Positions 38,184-50,714 of a DNA stretch of 64,000 bases are shown here, piece after piece (position 1 is the stretch's first letter; each line of letters opens with the position of its first letter). The notes under the pieces were generated by a model. It had not been told where the DNA came from and did not search any database. It saw nothing but the letters and a program-made list of their open reading frames with translations. Source of the DNA: Nemertoderma westbladi (Eukaryota; Animalia; Xenacoelomorpha); assembly GCA_032718475.1 (NCBI GenBank), contig JAUCBJ010000122.1, positions 51,122 to 115,121 on the forward strand. Reading direction: 5' to 3'. The position numbers and the translations under genes are program-made.

Positions 38184-39275
38184 TATGGCATACTTTTGGT
38201 ATTTTAATTCGATATAATTTTATGACGGCCGATAAATCTAGCAACATTGACCGTCACTATAATTAAAAATGCTGAAAATTATCGACCGTCGTAATTAAAC
38301 ACTGAAACCAGATCGACCGTCGTAATTAATAACAAACTGTTGTTGTTACTACAGTATGATACAATGAATAGGCGGGATATTTGAATTATGTCCTGCCATA
38401 TAGGCCTAGAATTAATATAATTAATTACCGTACTGCCGATTGCCTACCTTCGTTTCGTTTCGTAATTTTATATTACAGTTTGCAAGAGGCTAGTATAAAT
38501 ATGGCATATCAAGTTGAAGTAAGGAACCAGGAGATATTGTCTGTCATTAGTAAGTGCGAACAATTGCATCTCCGGAGTTCACCAAGTCTCATCTGTGATG
38601 TTGATGATTTGAACGACTTGTATCAGTGAATTAGTCACGTGGTAACGAACAATGAATAATCACACTGGTGTGGCTTATCCCGCTTATCATGGCTATTTTA
38701 TTCAACTACGTAAAAACTTACTTACAGCTGTAACACCTGAGAATAGGACTATGTCCTCGTCTCGTAGTCGTCGCTGTAGGCCTACTATCGTTACCGGAAG
38801 CATTGTGATGGTGGTGACAATTCGGACATGGAGGAGGTTCACTCATAATACTGCAATTAATACAGTAGTAGTCCTATCGGTATTCAGGTCTACCCCTAGT
38901 AGTGCACTGCCCTGCCCTGACTATAGGCATATAGTAACTACAGTATAACAGTAAGTTTACCCGCAACCAGTTGATTAATTACTGTTAGTTAGTAAACTGA
39001 TCAAAATACAAAACATAGGAAGGCATACGGCAGTGCGGACATTAAATATATTAATAACCTACTGCACCACTGGTGTGGTACAGTACAGCAGTACCCGAAG
39101 CCTAGTGCGAGACATAATTCAAATATCCCACTAATTCACGGTATCATAGCAACAACAATAGTTGTTAATTACGACGGTCGATGATTTACAGTATTTAATT
39201 AGTGACGGTCGATGTTGGTATCTTTATCGGCCGTCATAAAATTATATCGAATTAAAATACCAAAAGTATGCCATA
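38184..39275. mobile_element. MITE with long TIRs, probable TA target site
   Basis: tatggcatacttttggtattttaattcgatataattttatgacggccgataaa (38184 onward) is perfectly inverted at ~39223-39275. Further imperfect inverted repeats gaccgtcgtaattaa lie inside. Confidence 0.88.
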
Positions 39276-39540
39276 AACAACAAGAGTTTTAAAGTTTTAC
39301 CATATAAATATTTTTTCGGAACGTAACCTAAAATAAGTTAAATGCGTCTTATTAAATCAAATGTTAACGCAGAAAACCATTTATTCAATATAATTATAAC
39401 CACATTCCAAAAACGACACATACATTTACTAATAATTAAGTCTCTATAATAATCTCCTATTACAATCGAAAATAAAAATACGTTTGAAAACTAGAAAAAA
39501 CATTAACAAGTAAAAGAAATCTATAACTCAAATGCCTTAA

Positions 39541-39841
39541 GGCCCGATTTGTTATGTGCGGTATTCTGAGCTTTTTTGAGCAGTTTTTCACGCTTTTTAT
39601 TGAGCTTTTTTTCAAGCTTGTTTTGCCTTTTCTAACGCTTAGTTAAAATGGAGATATAGTATGAATATTCTAGAATTAGATCATTGGTCTCAGTTAGTTG
39701 TTTTTCAAGCTTTTCTTTAGCTTTCTTTTATTCTATATTTTAGGTTTTAACATTCCAAAATTAATTTCTAGAAATTGTTTTAACTAAAAAAATAAAAGGC
39801 TTGGAATAAAGCTCGTAAAAAAAGCAGCGCAAAAACGGGCC
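39541..39841. mobile_element. Short MITE (Harbinger- or Kolobok-like)
   Basis: TTAA|GGCCCG...CGGGCC|TTAA with imperfect internal inverted gagcttttt/aaaagctc repeats. Confidence 0.6.
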
Positions 39842-40773
39842 TTAACTCTAGTCCATTTAATCAACATTATGTAACAATTCAGATGCAACAATATTTTGGT
39901 ACAAAAAGCCATGCACAATGAAACTCTAGGACTTTAAATTCTGGAAGAAACAATTACAATTAATATTTCTAAAACGGACGTAAAAAGGGACACTGTACGC
40001 TAAAAGCACTTCTTTACACCATCTCCTTGGACATAATGTTTCAATTTAGTGACCGGACCCCATCCAGAATTCGATAATCGCTTTCACATTTTTGCTTGAA
40101 GCGAGAAAAATATGTTATTTGCACCAGCCGCTACACGGATTCCAGATCTGTAAGTAGCAAGATTTGGATTTCGTGAAGAAATAGGTGAGATATGAGCTAA
40201 ATTAGCGTGATCGTGGAGCTATATATTTACAAAACTATATTGAACGAAAACTATTAAAGTAAACTTGATTATTGACGAGCAATTAAAGAAAAGCAAGTAA
40301 CCACAGTAGGCGAAGGAATTAAAACTAATTATATTTACCCGATTAAATATTTATGTCAAATAATCATAGTTTTTTATAGTATTCTATTTTGTTGTTAATT
40401 TAATAGGAAAAAATAAAAACTAGGCTATGTTCTATAAAACTATATCATGCAATATCCATATCTCAGCTAATTCGCAATGAAACTCAAATATTATTACATA
40501 CTGTTTGAAATCCTTGACATAATCTTCCCATCAGTACCAACGAACCGCTACTGTATAAATATTGAGGAATGAAATCTGATTATCCCCGGAGACTCACCCA
40601 GTAAAGAGGGGGAATGTGAAACTATCTCCGTTTCAAATTTCATGCAATCAATAAATGGGGGTGTCCAGGCCACTGAATCAAGAGACTATAATATACTAGG
40701 TTATGGTGCATAAATATGATATATTTATTATAATATTATTTCATTATAAAATTGGCGTAAAATTTATTTAAAT

Positions 40774-41002
40774 TTAACTACCATCTTCAACCTTATCGAC
40801 CAGATCGACCTCTATAGCCCCATCCAGTTCGCTCTCATCCAACCACCGACCGCATATAAACACGTCTTTAGTACCGGTAGTTAGGTTATTAACTTCCACC
40901 TTATCGCAATGCCAACCGGCACCAAATCCTTTACCATCGTGACCAATTCGGATTTTAGAAATTTCTCCAAGGTTACTCAGGTTGAAGCTAAATTCATCAA
41001 CA
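40774..41002 (-). CDS. PLAT/LH2-repeat (LOXHD1-like) gene, exon: second half of PLAT domain
   Basis: ttttccag|T, phase 2. Reads VDEFSFNLSNLGEISKIRIGHDGKGFGAGWHCDKVEV...FICGRWLDESELDGAIEVDL. It either ends at the TAA at 40774 or splices at G|gtagtt (40782). Confidence 0.88.
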
Positions 41003-41104
41003 CTGGAAAACAAAATGTAGTATATGCCGAATTACTGGAGTAAAAAGTCATAAAGTTCGTGTTTAAATTGATGTCAACTGGTTTATGGTTTAACATATAC
41101 TTAC

Positions 41105-41249
41105 TTTCCTCTCTCGAAGTTATTATTGGCATTATCCATCGGGAGTTTATCCGTTTCACCAGAATTTCCATAGAGAATAATAAATACATTAGCATCAGTT
41201 CCGGCCCCTCTTACGTCACTGGTAGTAACAGCAATCTGGTAAGAACATT
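41105..41249 (-). CDS. PLAT/LH2-repeat gene, exon: first half of PLAT domain
   Basis: ttgttctag|AA ... GGA AA|gtaagt, phase 1-2. Reads [48 protein letters not shown], a canonical PLAT start. Confidence 0.9.
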
Positions 41250-42376
41250 CTAGAACAAAAATAGAACCATATAAGTTATGGCATATCTTAAAATACAGTA
41301 GTGGTTAGTTATTAAATCAATCTGGTAAGAGCATTCTACCGGGTGTTCCATAACGATCCCCCCCCCCCCCCCCCCCCCCAAGCCAACCAAAACTGCCAGA
41401 CATGTACTTTAGTGCAATATATCATTCGAAAGATAATTTATTTCTGAGCTTGCATGCAAACATTTAGGGTCCATTACAAAATTATAAAAATTTTATAGGC
41501 AATTCTTTAAACCTATCCTACTTTTCAATATTTGTGATTTAATCACAATTTAAAAAAATATAATTCATCCAGTATTAAGTCATCAGCTTTGCAGGTTGCA
41601 GCCCTGTTTAAACAGTTATTACTGCCTGACTTTTTCTGTATTGCAATATATTACAGTATTCAGTTACCGGTATTAGTGTTTCTTTGGTAATTTTACTGAA
41701 TTACCGGTATAAATATGCAGTAATACGAATAATGAAGTCCCCAAAAATCCTTAATCCATATCTTTCTTTCAGGGAAATATTGAAAGTAAACTTACTGTGC
41801 TATAAAATATAAACCCCCAGCCCAAGTGTACTCACTACTCATACATTATAATTATTTAATTATCCTACACCTTTCTAGCTACAGTAGAATTGTTGATGGA
41901 TTTTTTAAGATAAGAAATGTAATATAACGTAAAATCAACAAGCAAAACATGGATAACGATAAAAGCGCTAGGCCGACTGTATGCTTACAAGAGAATCCTG
42001 TACTATATCACTCTACAATAAACCCAACGTTTCTACAAAGAACCCTTCTACTGTAGCTACATACAGTATACAGTAAGTAAAAGTTGCCCTGTAAGAAAAT
42101 TCGAGTACAATAATATACCAGAATGATAACAATCACGTTAGCTTTCCCGAGGATGGTTGCTAAACTTTTCTAAACTGTAGTGTACTGTAATTGAAAACGT
42201 CTCATCATAACGTTGGCTGTACTGTACAATACTACAGTATAGAATAAATGTAACAGTTTCATTAAAACCAGCACATTGAATATCGCTGTAGTAGGCCTAC
42301 AGTACTATCGACATACTACTATATAATGTCACATACGGAGGCTTTTGAGTAAAAAAAAAACTATATAATGACCGAC

Positions 42377-42591
42377 CTTTATACGGTGAGATATCGACCT
42401 CTATAGCCCCATCCAGTTCGCTCTTATCCAACCACCGACCGCATATAAACACGTCTTTAGTATCGGTAGTTAGGTTATTAACTTCCACCTTATCGCAATG
42501 CCAACCGGCACCAAATCCTTTACCATCGTGACCAATTCGGATTTTAGAAATAGTCCCGATATTTTTGAGATGGAATGTAAATTCGTCGACA
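42377..42591 (-). CDS. PLAT/LH2-repeat gene, exon: second half of the preceding PLAT domain
   Basis: tgtttttag|T ... AAA G|gtcggt, phase 2-1. Reads VDEFTFHLKNIGTISKIRIGHDGKGFGAGWHCDKVEV...CGRWLDKSELDGAIEVDISPYK. Confidence 0.88.
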
Positions 42592-43253
42592 CTAAAAACA
42601 ATATAACATAACAATAATACTGTATTTTCATAATCCAACTGAGGTCATATTACCGTGAGGCCAGGTAAATTATGAATGTTTCCTGATTGGTCACTTTATT
42701 TCAGGTTAAAAAAAGTACTATGGAGTTTTCTTTGGCATTTCGACCAAGGACTAGGCACAAAGTTTGATAACTTATTTCCAGTACGATGTCACAGGCGAAA
42801 ATTGTTCACCCCAGATTTCGGGAGTGGCGATCCGAAACCCTAATTCAAAGTGAAATGGCGGTCCGAAACCCAAATTAAAACTGTCATGTAAACTCAACCC
42901 TAAGTCATGAGGCTATAATCTATAAGAAATTTTGTGGAATTTTGGGACATTACTATTGGTCCGTCAAGACACGTGTCTGTCTTGACAGTGGAAGTAGGCC
43001 CTACATTTAGAGACTGCCTGTAACTTTTCCCCATTCTCAGTTTCTATGCTTTCTGGTTTCCCCATACTGTATCTGTTCGTGCTGAGAAGGTGCATACACA
43101 CACTACATAGTGCGTCTTTTTAAAGTTAATGACTATCATGTTCTATGAGATAATGTTTACTTAAGAAGTATAGAATATCCCCTCGCATTAGCTAGAAGTA
43201 GGAGATTATCGGCATAGCCCAGGATCTAGTACGCTTCCTTATTTATATGTAGC

Positions 43254-43538
43254 ACTACTACTAGGATCGGCATGCTGCATTGCAGCTGCATTTTTAAGAA
43301 TGCTGTGCCGGCTTGTCAACAAAATTGCACCGCCACAACTCCCTATCACCCATGACATTTGCTAGATCATCCGCATCTTTAAGGCCAGTGTCCTTTAAGA
43401 TGCGTCTCAAGAAAGTCATGGGCTGTCCACCATGCTTATTCACTCCATGAGGCTGCCAAAGTACAAGATTATGCACTGGCTGGTCCTCACGGCGAAAGCA
43501 ATGTCCTGCAAAGCGGAGGCGATTTTGTTCTAGTGTCA
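43254..43538 (-). mobile_element. RTE-type LINE 3' fragment
   Basis: HNLVLWQPHGVNKHGGQPMTFLRRILKDTGL...RELWR with (TAG)n tail. Confidence 0.85.
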
Positions 43539-43574
43539 GGTGTTCTAGTGTTCTATATGTAGCAAAAGTCCACC

Positions 43575-43700
43575 TGATTAAAAAATTTCGAACAAATCAT
43601 CCAAATATATGTTAAAGATGATTGATGACAAGACACCACCTTGCCTTACTCCACGTCGTAATAGTGGTATTAGAATGAGATACTGTATCTTCATCAATAA
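43575..43700 (-). mobile_element. LINE RT fragment of a different family
   Basis: Minus-strand translation RGVRQGGVLSSIIFNIYLDDLF. Confidence 0.65.
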
Positions 43701-44090
43701 TGCATCGGATTGGCTGTAGTAAACGCCCTCGTTGCCTTTCAGCTAACAGCCACGAGAGTGAGAGAAGAACTTTCGAGTTGCCTCTAGTGTTTCATAGTTC
43801 ACGTTCACCGCTTATAGTAGGTCTACTTTACTGTACTTTATTCAATTACTTAATCATATAGGTATATATATATACACTGCAACTACTGTAGTTCTATTGA
43901 ATTTAGTTTATTGCTTAGAATTTCGTGCCACTGTAACCTGCTCCTTTCCCTAAATTGAGAATTTAACATTGAGGCGGGACATAAATTCGCCAAGATGGGA
44001 TTTGCATCCCCCTGTCTCGACTTAAAGCCATCTCTATAAGTAACTATGTAAAAACAATGTTATTTTGTTCAATTAAAAAAAAATAGCTCA

Positions 44091-46373
44091 CAATGAAACG
44101 GCTGCTTAGATCGTGGCTTTTCCAGTTAACATTATTCCATTTTGTATAAAACAAGTGAGGTGGTTGGAGAAAGCTGTTACTAAGCAGCAACCATCACGTT
44201 AATCCTGTTTAACACAGAGTCAACGAGAATGGAATATTGCTAACATGAAAAAGTTCAGGTTACCATTATTCCAAATCTATAATCAGATATTATACTGTAG
44301 TAGGCTAGACTAATTAAGCTGCTAGTGTTACTCATCAGTAAGCCATATAATATTATACTGTATGGTGTACATACAGTTATAATATGTAATACCAGGCATA
44401 ATATATGCGAGAAAACAAAGAATACCGTAGTACAGAATAAGTGGATTAGTTTAATTACAATGATGTACTGTATGTAGGTATAATGAAATATTTATAATTA
44501 AGTCTGGTCTAGTAATAAACATACTGTACTTATACAGAATCTCATTGAAGTTCTTGCCACCTAGTAATATTTAATGTGTGCAAAAGGCGCGTAAGGCAAC
44601 GATTTTGAACATTTCTTCGCGATCTTCGCAAACGTCGCGATCTTCACGAGATTTTGTGTTTACAAATACTATAGATGGAGCTTTGCGAACGTCGCGATCT
44701 TCGTGAAATTTTGTGTTTAACAATATTATAGATGGAGCTTTGCAAATGTCGCGATCTTCGCGATATATTTTGTGTTTACCAATACTATAGGTGGAGCTTC
44801 GCGAACGTCGCGATCTTCGCGAAATTTTGTGTTTACCAATAGGCCTACTATAGGATCGATAAAAAAATTTCTCAACCTTTAATAATATTATTTATTAATA
44901 CCATTATAGGTACAGCGACGCAAAATAAGCAAAATTTCTGGAAGGCCTACATAAATACATGGACTCTTTTATACCATCTGTCTGTATATATATAACATTC
45001 TAGAATTCTGTGAACAATACTAATACTAATAGTGTCATATATATACTACAGTATAAAACATGTTAGCTATTTTATTTAAAAAAAATTTTCTCTAGAACTA
45101 ATAATATATTTTATTCTAGAAAAATTTTAAATAATATATTTCTCATTATATATTTTCTTACTTTTTAAAAAATGTTCTAGAACATTCGCGAAGATCGCGA
45201 CTTTTGCGAAGCTCAACCTAAAAATATCGCGAAGATCGCGACGTTTGCGAAGTTCAACCTATAGTATTGGTAAACACAAAATATCGCGAAGATCGCGAAG
45301 AATTGTTCAAAACCGTTGCCATAATGCAAAATGCACACATCTCACATATCTGTTCATCACCCGGAAACTCGTGTTGCGTTTTATTCACACAACATTTAAG
45401 ATACATCCTATCCAATCCATTCAATTCAATTGGTCCAAGTTCTTTCTTTACCTTTCCCAACACACGAGTAACAGCGTCTTGACTAAAACGTATCTAACTC
45501 TTAAGCTTAACACTCTATGAAGTTGACTGCATCAGTCCTGTCGGCTGTTCGACAGATCAACTACCAGTTTAACAATTCCAATGAGTACAACAGACTCTCA
45601 CAACTTCTCCCCATCGTTTATTGTCAATACAATTTGTTTAATTGACTTAAGTTGTGATAGTACAGTACGAGGGCCCGATTGCATTCATTCAATTCTTAAT
45701 AATTTGCTTTGCAGCTTTGCTGTACCTATTGTTCTGCCTGACGCCTGGCTGCTACCGATACCGGTATATTGGTATAACTTCTATAATGAAACAAGCAAGG
45801 CAAGCAAAGGTAGGGTAGGGCCTAATAGTAATATTGAATACAGACTGACAGCGTATTGCTGGCTCTCGAAAAAAACGATTCATATCCCTGACTCAAACGA
45901 CTCAATTCTTATCTTGTTATAGCTCGGTATAGATCGGAATTGCATTATATCATCTCCTCAGTCCTCATAGCTCATTCTGGAGGATTCTTATCTTGTTATA
46001 GCTCGGTACTGGTCGGTATTGCATTCTATCATATCCTCAGAGCTCATTCTATGTGATTCTTATGTCATTCTAGGGCATTCTAGATCATTCTACTGTAGGT
46101 CATTCTTGCATTTTATCAACTCCTCATACTGTAGCTCATTCTAGGTGATTCTTAGGTCACTCTAGATCATTATAGCTCATTCTACTTTTTAGCATGTACC
46201 GTAACCTGAACTTTTTCATGTTAACAATATTCCATTCTCATTGGATCTATGTTAACAGGATTAACGTGATTGGTTGCTGCTTAGTAGCAGCTTTCTCCAC
46301 CCACATTACTTGTTTTAGACAAAATGGAATAATGATAACTGGAAAAGCCACGATCTAAGCACCAGTCACATTG
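44091..46373. mobile_element. Non-autonomous element with ~175-bp TIRs
   Basis: 44091-44263 (gcttagatcgtggcttttccagtt...catgaaaaagttcaggttac) is inverted at 46201-46373. No clear TSD. Confidence 0.8.
44574..45340. mobile_element. Nested MITE with TIRs and subterminal cgcgatcttcgcga repeats
   Basis: atgtgtgca...ggcaacgattttgaaca.ttcttcgcgatcttcgc is inverted at ~45186-45340. Confidence 0.75.
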
Positions 46374-47656
46374 AATACCTGCAACATGATAAATAGCACC
46401 ATTTATTTATCTTGGAACATTATAAATAGCACCATTTATTTATCTTGGAACATTATAAATAGCACCAATCCATTCAGCGTAAGATAAATAAATACCCATG
46501 GTAGTTATTTTTTATTCATTGTTGAAGTTGTGGCCTGCATGCTAATACAGTAGAGAATGAATGGACCCTGCTAGCGGGCCTGGACTCTGGCTGTGCCACT
46601 GTGCCAGTCCTTTACTAGAGTTGTTGTCCTTGGAAGGCATCATACTTTTTATACCTGCCCTGCATGCTGGCATGGCCTCATTATTTCTGTATACTGAAAG
46701 TTTCTGTGATGTTTCACTGTTTCAGTAGCCCAAAGTTTGTAGGCCTACTTTACATCAGTCACCAGTCACACTGTCAAAGTACTATCAGTCAGTCAGTTGT
46801 CAGACAGTAGCAGTACAGTACTGCAGTACAGCAGTAGGCCTACTCATGTACCAGTGTACTGTAGTAGTAGGCCTACAGTATTACGAGTACAACTCAGCAA
46901 CTGTACAGTACAATGTACAAATCACATTGAGAAGGCTTACTGTAGTACTGCTTACGGTCAGAGGCAGAGCCTCCAGAGCTGCAGAGATGACAGTCAGACA
47001 GTGCTGCAGTTGGCAGGTTGGTAATATTGCATATTGTAATACAGTTAACAGTAGGCTAATAGCTCTACAGCTCTTACTGCTGTACTGACTTAGCTCTCTG
47101 TACACTGTAGCTCTTAGCTGTTGTACATCTATCTACAGAAAGCTTAAGTCAAACCGGTATACAGGTATATACATGCCTAACTACTGTATGGTATGTACAG
47201 ATCAGCAGATGTACTGATGTAGGCCCTATCTCAGTATCTACAGACTGACAGATCTATGTCTGTATGTACTGTATGTATGTAGTGAAATGGCTGAATGGTG
47301 TTAACATAAACTTAATACATGTAATAACAATCAATAACTGAAGTCTTAGTGATATCAAGATAGGATATATTTCAGTATTTTAATAATATCAGATTTATGG
47401 TATATGGATGTATGGTATGGTAACAGAACTGCTGATAGGGCTACTCACTACTGTTAGTACCAGGTACCGTGTTTAGTATGTCAGAAAGAATGCTTACAGG
47501 CTTAGCTTAGGCCTATATTATAAAGGTACGGCTGTACAGGGAATAAACCTAAACCACTTTGGTCCACAGTTGCATCAGTACTGCAGTACCGGTACGCGGT
47601 ACCTATACAGCTATATAAAAATATAATATATACTAAGTATAGTATTATTTCTGTAA

Positions 47657-50623
47657 ATGACAATGCAGTTTACTAAAGAAGAACTCCAGAAGCTACGCGT
47701 TGTAGAACTGAAGGTTAAGTTAACATCATTTGGGTTGACCACAACTGGTCTAAAGGCCGACTTGGTAAATAGATTATGTGAACATTATAAGAAGTTGGAT
47801 CCGGCTCCTTCAGATAGTGAGAAAGACCTGGTTAATGTGGAAACAAGTAAAGGTGAACCTCTATCCACATCAATGAAAGATGAGACAGAGGAAGATTCTT
47901 CTGTGAAATCTATTAATTTGATAGATTATGTTGTTGAAAAAGACGTGTTACCAAAATCTGACCCGGTTTCAATTCCGGAAGCCATTCCTGAAACTACTGC
48001 AATACCGGATAATAAAGCCATCGACGAAAAGGTTGATACTGATGATTCTACAACCATTGCTGAAATTAAGGTCACACATGAAGTTCCTCAACCCACAAAA
48101 TCAACTCCAACTCCACCCATTGCTACACCCATTACTACACCAAACAAAGATGTGTTGAAGCTGCCCCAGCCCCATGAAGAGGCTGGGGCATCTTCTAGTA
48201 AAACTTGTCACCAACTTGTCAATAACTTCACTATAATTGAGTCCAAGGCTGTTGTTAATGTTCCGCCGATCGCAGCACCTCCGATGCTAATTGAAACACC
48301 GGTGCAGCCAATGAGTTTACCTGTACCATCGAAGGTTTTACCGGTACCAACAAAAGGCTTATCATCTCTTCTGGACTTACGACCTACACCTTCGGTTAAT
48401 ATTGAAGTGAAAAGGCCAATCACTGGGTCGAATGAGAGTCGAGGACCATTCATTGGTCGCCCAACCCAGGGAAATACTATGAAACCCACGGTGGAACACA
48501 AGCTGGGGATAAAGGTACATACTGAGGATGATGATAAGGAACTTATGAAGAAAGCTCAAACACAAATAGAAATGCTAAAGAAAGCTGAAGAGAAAACTAA
48601 TTCGGCGGCTAGAGTCGCTAATGTTTCTAGTAGTGGAGATAGTAGAGGGAATAGTTCGACAATATTCCCAAGAGCTCTGGAGGAAGTTTTGAACTTCCTT
48701 GATAGTCGAGAAAAGGATATAGAAGAAAGTTTTCAAGTTAATCCGGATGATGATTATGATACCGAGCCTAAGGATATTGCTGATGCTGATGTTGTAGCTG
48801 ATGATGAACTAGAAGAGGATGTTGTTGCCGGCAATGATTCAAAGAAAACGCAGAAAGGTAAAAGCAAAAATCAAAAAAAGAAAGAAAAGAAAAAGAAACG
48901 AAAAGCAGCGAAATATTTGGAAAAGAAAGAAAACGGAGTTACAGAAACAATGAATATCGATTCGGAGACTGGGGAGTTGGGGGTTGAAGTTGAATATATA
49001 ACGGAAACCCCAGACGTCTTAGCTGATCCGACTTACAGAGACTTTATTAAAGTTTTCGATAATTTTAAAGTTGTTGACAACAAAAAGGAGGCGAGTAAAG
49101 ATACACCGAACCAAGGAGATAATATGACGGCTTTACAGGAAGCTTTAGAACGCCGACTTACAGGCGCCACTAAGAACGTTCGGCCGTGGAAGGCGCCGCA
49201 CCCAGACGAAGAAGACGATGATGAAGATATGGAGGAGAAAGAGAAGAAGGAAGAAGAACAGCAGGTCAGTAGGAAGAAGCTGAGGAAGATGAATCGTCTG
49301 AGTGTGGCGGAACTGAAGCAGTTGGTGAGCAAACCGGATGTGGTTGAGATGCATGACGTCACTGCCAAGGATCCCAGGTTGCTGGTGCATCTGAAATCGG
49401 TGCGGAACACGGTGCCTGTACCGCGGCACTGGTGCTTCAAGCGGAAGTACCTCCAAGGGAAGCGAGGCATAGAGAAACCGCCGTTTGATTTGCCGGACTT
49501 TATAAAGAACACGGGGATCATGGAGATGCGGCAAGCGTTGATGGAGAAGGAAGATCAGCAGACTATGAAGACGAAGATGAGAGGGAAGGTCCGTCCGAAG
49601 ATGGGGAAGATTGATATTGATTACCAGAAACTGCACGACGCATTCTTTAAGTTCCAGACTAAACCCAAAATGACGATCCACGGGGACCTTTACTACGAAG
49701 GGAAAGAGTTAGAGACGCGACTAAAGGAGAAGAAACCCGGAGACATGAGTGAAGAGTTGCGGGTTGCGTTGGGGATGCCAGCGGGTTCGAATCGGAGTCG
49801 CTTCCCGCCGCCCTGGCTGATCGCGATGCAGCGGTACGGGCCGCCGCCCTCCTACCCGAACATTAAGATCCCGGGATTGAACTGCCCCATCCCGGAGGGC
49901 TGCACCTTCGGGTACCACGCCGGGGGCTGGGGGAAGCCGCCGGTGGACGAGCTGGGTCGACCGCTGTACGGGGACGTGTTCGGGGTGACGGGGGGCGGCG
50001 GGGGGGAACCCGAGACGGGGGGCAGGGGGGACGAGGAGGGGGTCCTGGATAAATCGGCGTGGGGAGAACTGGAGAGTGAATCGGAGGAGAGTGAGGAGGA
50101 AGAGAGTTCGGAAGAGGAGGAGACGGCCGGGGTCGACGGTTTAGTGACGCCGATGGAAGGGGCGGCTACTCCCAGCGGTGGGGCCAGTACCATACCGATA
50201 ATGGGAGTGGAGACACCGGACACCATAGAACTCCGCAAGAAAGCGATGGAGACGTCGGAGACGCCGCAGTTGTACACGGTGGTTGGGGAGCGGAAGGCCG
50301 CCCCCGTGGGCGGTGCCATGATGGCCTCCGGACACACGTACGACGTGAACCCGAGTAAGAAGAAGGACTCCGAGCTGTCTGGGGTCGAGGTTTCATTGGA
50401 TCCCGGGGAGTTGGAGTTGGAACCGGCGACTCTGCAGGCCAAGTACGAGCAGACTGTCCGGCAGCAGCAGCAGGGGACTGCTACAGAGACCGGCGCGCAG
50501 AGCAATGTAGACTTATCGGATCTGGTCGCCGAACACGGGGCTAAGCAGAAACAGAAACGGAAAAATAAACAGCAGGAAACAACTGCAAAGCCGGCCAAGA
50601 GACAGAAAGAGTTCAAGTTCTAG
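47657..50623 (+). CDS. SF3B2: Splicing factor 3B subunit 2 (SAP145/Cus1), single-exon ORF
   Basis: 988 aa. N-terminal SAP domain (LQKLRVVELKVKLTSFGLTTTGLKADLVNRL), DUF382 (RLSVAELKQLV..PDVVEMHDVTAKDPRLLVHLK..RNTVPVPRHWCFKRKYLQGKRGIEKPPF), PSP domain (PPPWLIAMQRYGPPPSYPNIKIPGLN) and C-terminal KEFKF. Confidence 0.98.
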   Translation: MTMQFTKEELQKLRVVELKVKLTSFGLTTTGLKADLVNRLCEHYKKLDPAPSDSEKDLVNVETSKGEPLSTSMKDETEEDSSVKSINLIDYVVEKDVLPKSDPVSIPEAIPETTAIPDNKAIDEKVDTDDSTTIAEIKVTHEVPQPTKSTPTPPIATPITTPNKDVLKLPQPHEEAGASSSKTCHQLVNNFTIIESKAVVNVPPIAAPPMLIETPVQPMSLPVPSKVLPVPTKGLSSLLDLRPTPSVNIEVKRPITGSNESRGPFIGRPTQGNTMKPTVEHKLGIKVHTEDDDKELMKKAQTQIEMLKKAEEKTNSAARVANVSSSGDSRGNSSTIFPRALEEVLNFLDSREKDIEESFQVNPDDDYDTEPKDIADADVVADDELEEDVVAGNDSKKTQKGKSKNQKKKEKKKKRKAAKYLEKKENGVTETMNIDSETGELGVEVEYITETPDVLADPTYRDFIKVFDNFKVVDNKKEASKDTPNQGDNMTALQEALERRLTGATKNVRPWKAPHPDEEDDDEDMEEKEKKEEEQQVSRKKLRKMNRLSVAELKQLVSKPDVVEMHDVTAKDPRLLVHLKSVRNTVPVPRHWCFKRKYLQGKRGIEKPPFDLPDFIKNTGIMEMRQALMEKEDQQTMKTKMRGKVRPKMGKIDIDYQKLHDAFFKFQTKPKMTIHGDLYYEGKELETRLKEKKPGDMSEELRVALGMPAGSNRSRFPPPWLIAMQRYGPPPSYPNIKIPGLNCPIPEGCTFGYHAGGWGKPPVDELGRPLYGDVFGVTGGGGGEPETGGRGDEEGVLDKSAWGELESESEESEEEESSEEEETAGVDGLVTPMEGAATPSGGASTIPIMGVETPDTIELRKKAMETSETPQLYTVVGERKAAPVGGAMMASGHTYDVNPSKKKDSELSGVEVSLDPGELELEPATLQAKYEQTVRQQQQGTATETGAQSNVDLSDLVAEHGAKQKQKRKNKQQETTAKPAKRQKEFKF

Positions 50624-50714
50624 TTAGTTAATAGGAGTTGGGTTGTACATAATTCATAAATGCAGTTTATAGTAAAAGATATAAAATAAATATGTAAAAG
50701 AATTGTATTGTGTT

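Noticed and set aside
40130-40671. Further terminal exons of the PLAT gene (~40671-40598 and a DLESV* exon near 40147)
   Set aside because: They are phase-compatible but have no recognisable domain, and an in-frame stop at 40774 is equally plausible. They cannot be supported without RNA data.
49033-50616. Minus-strand ORFs of 162-254 aa
   Set aside because: These are antisense shadows of the GC-rich SF3B2 coding region.
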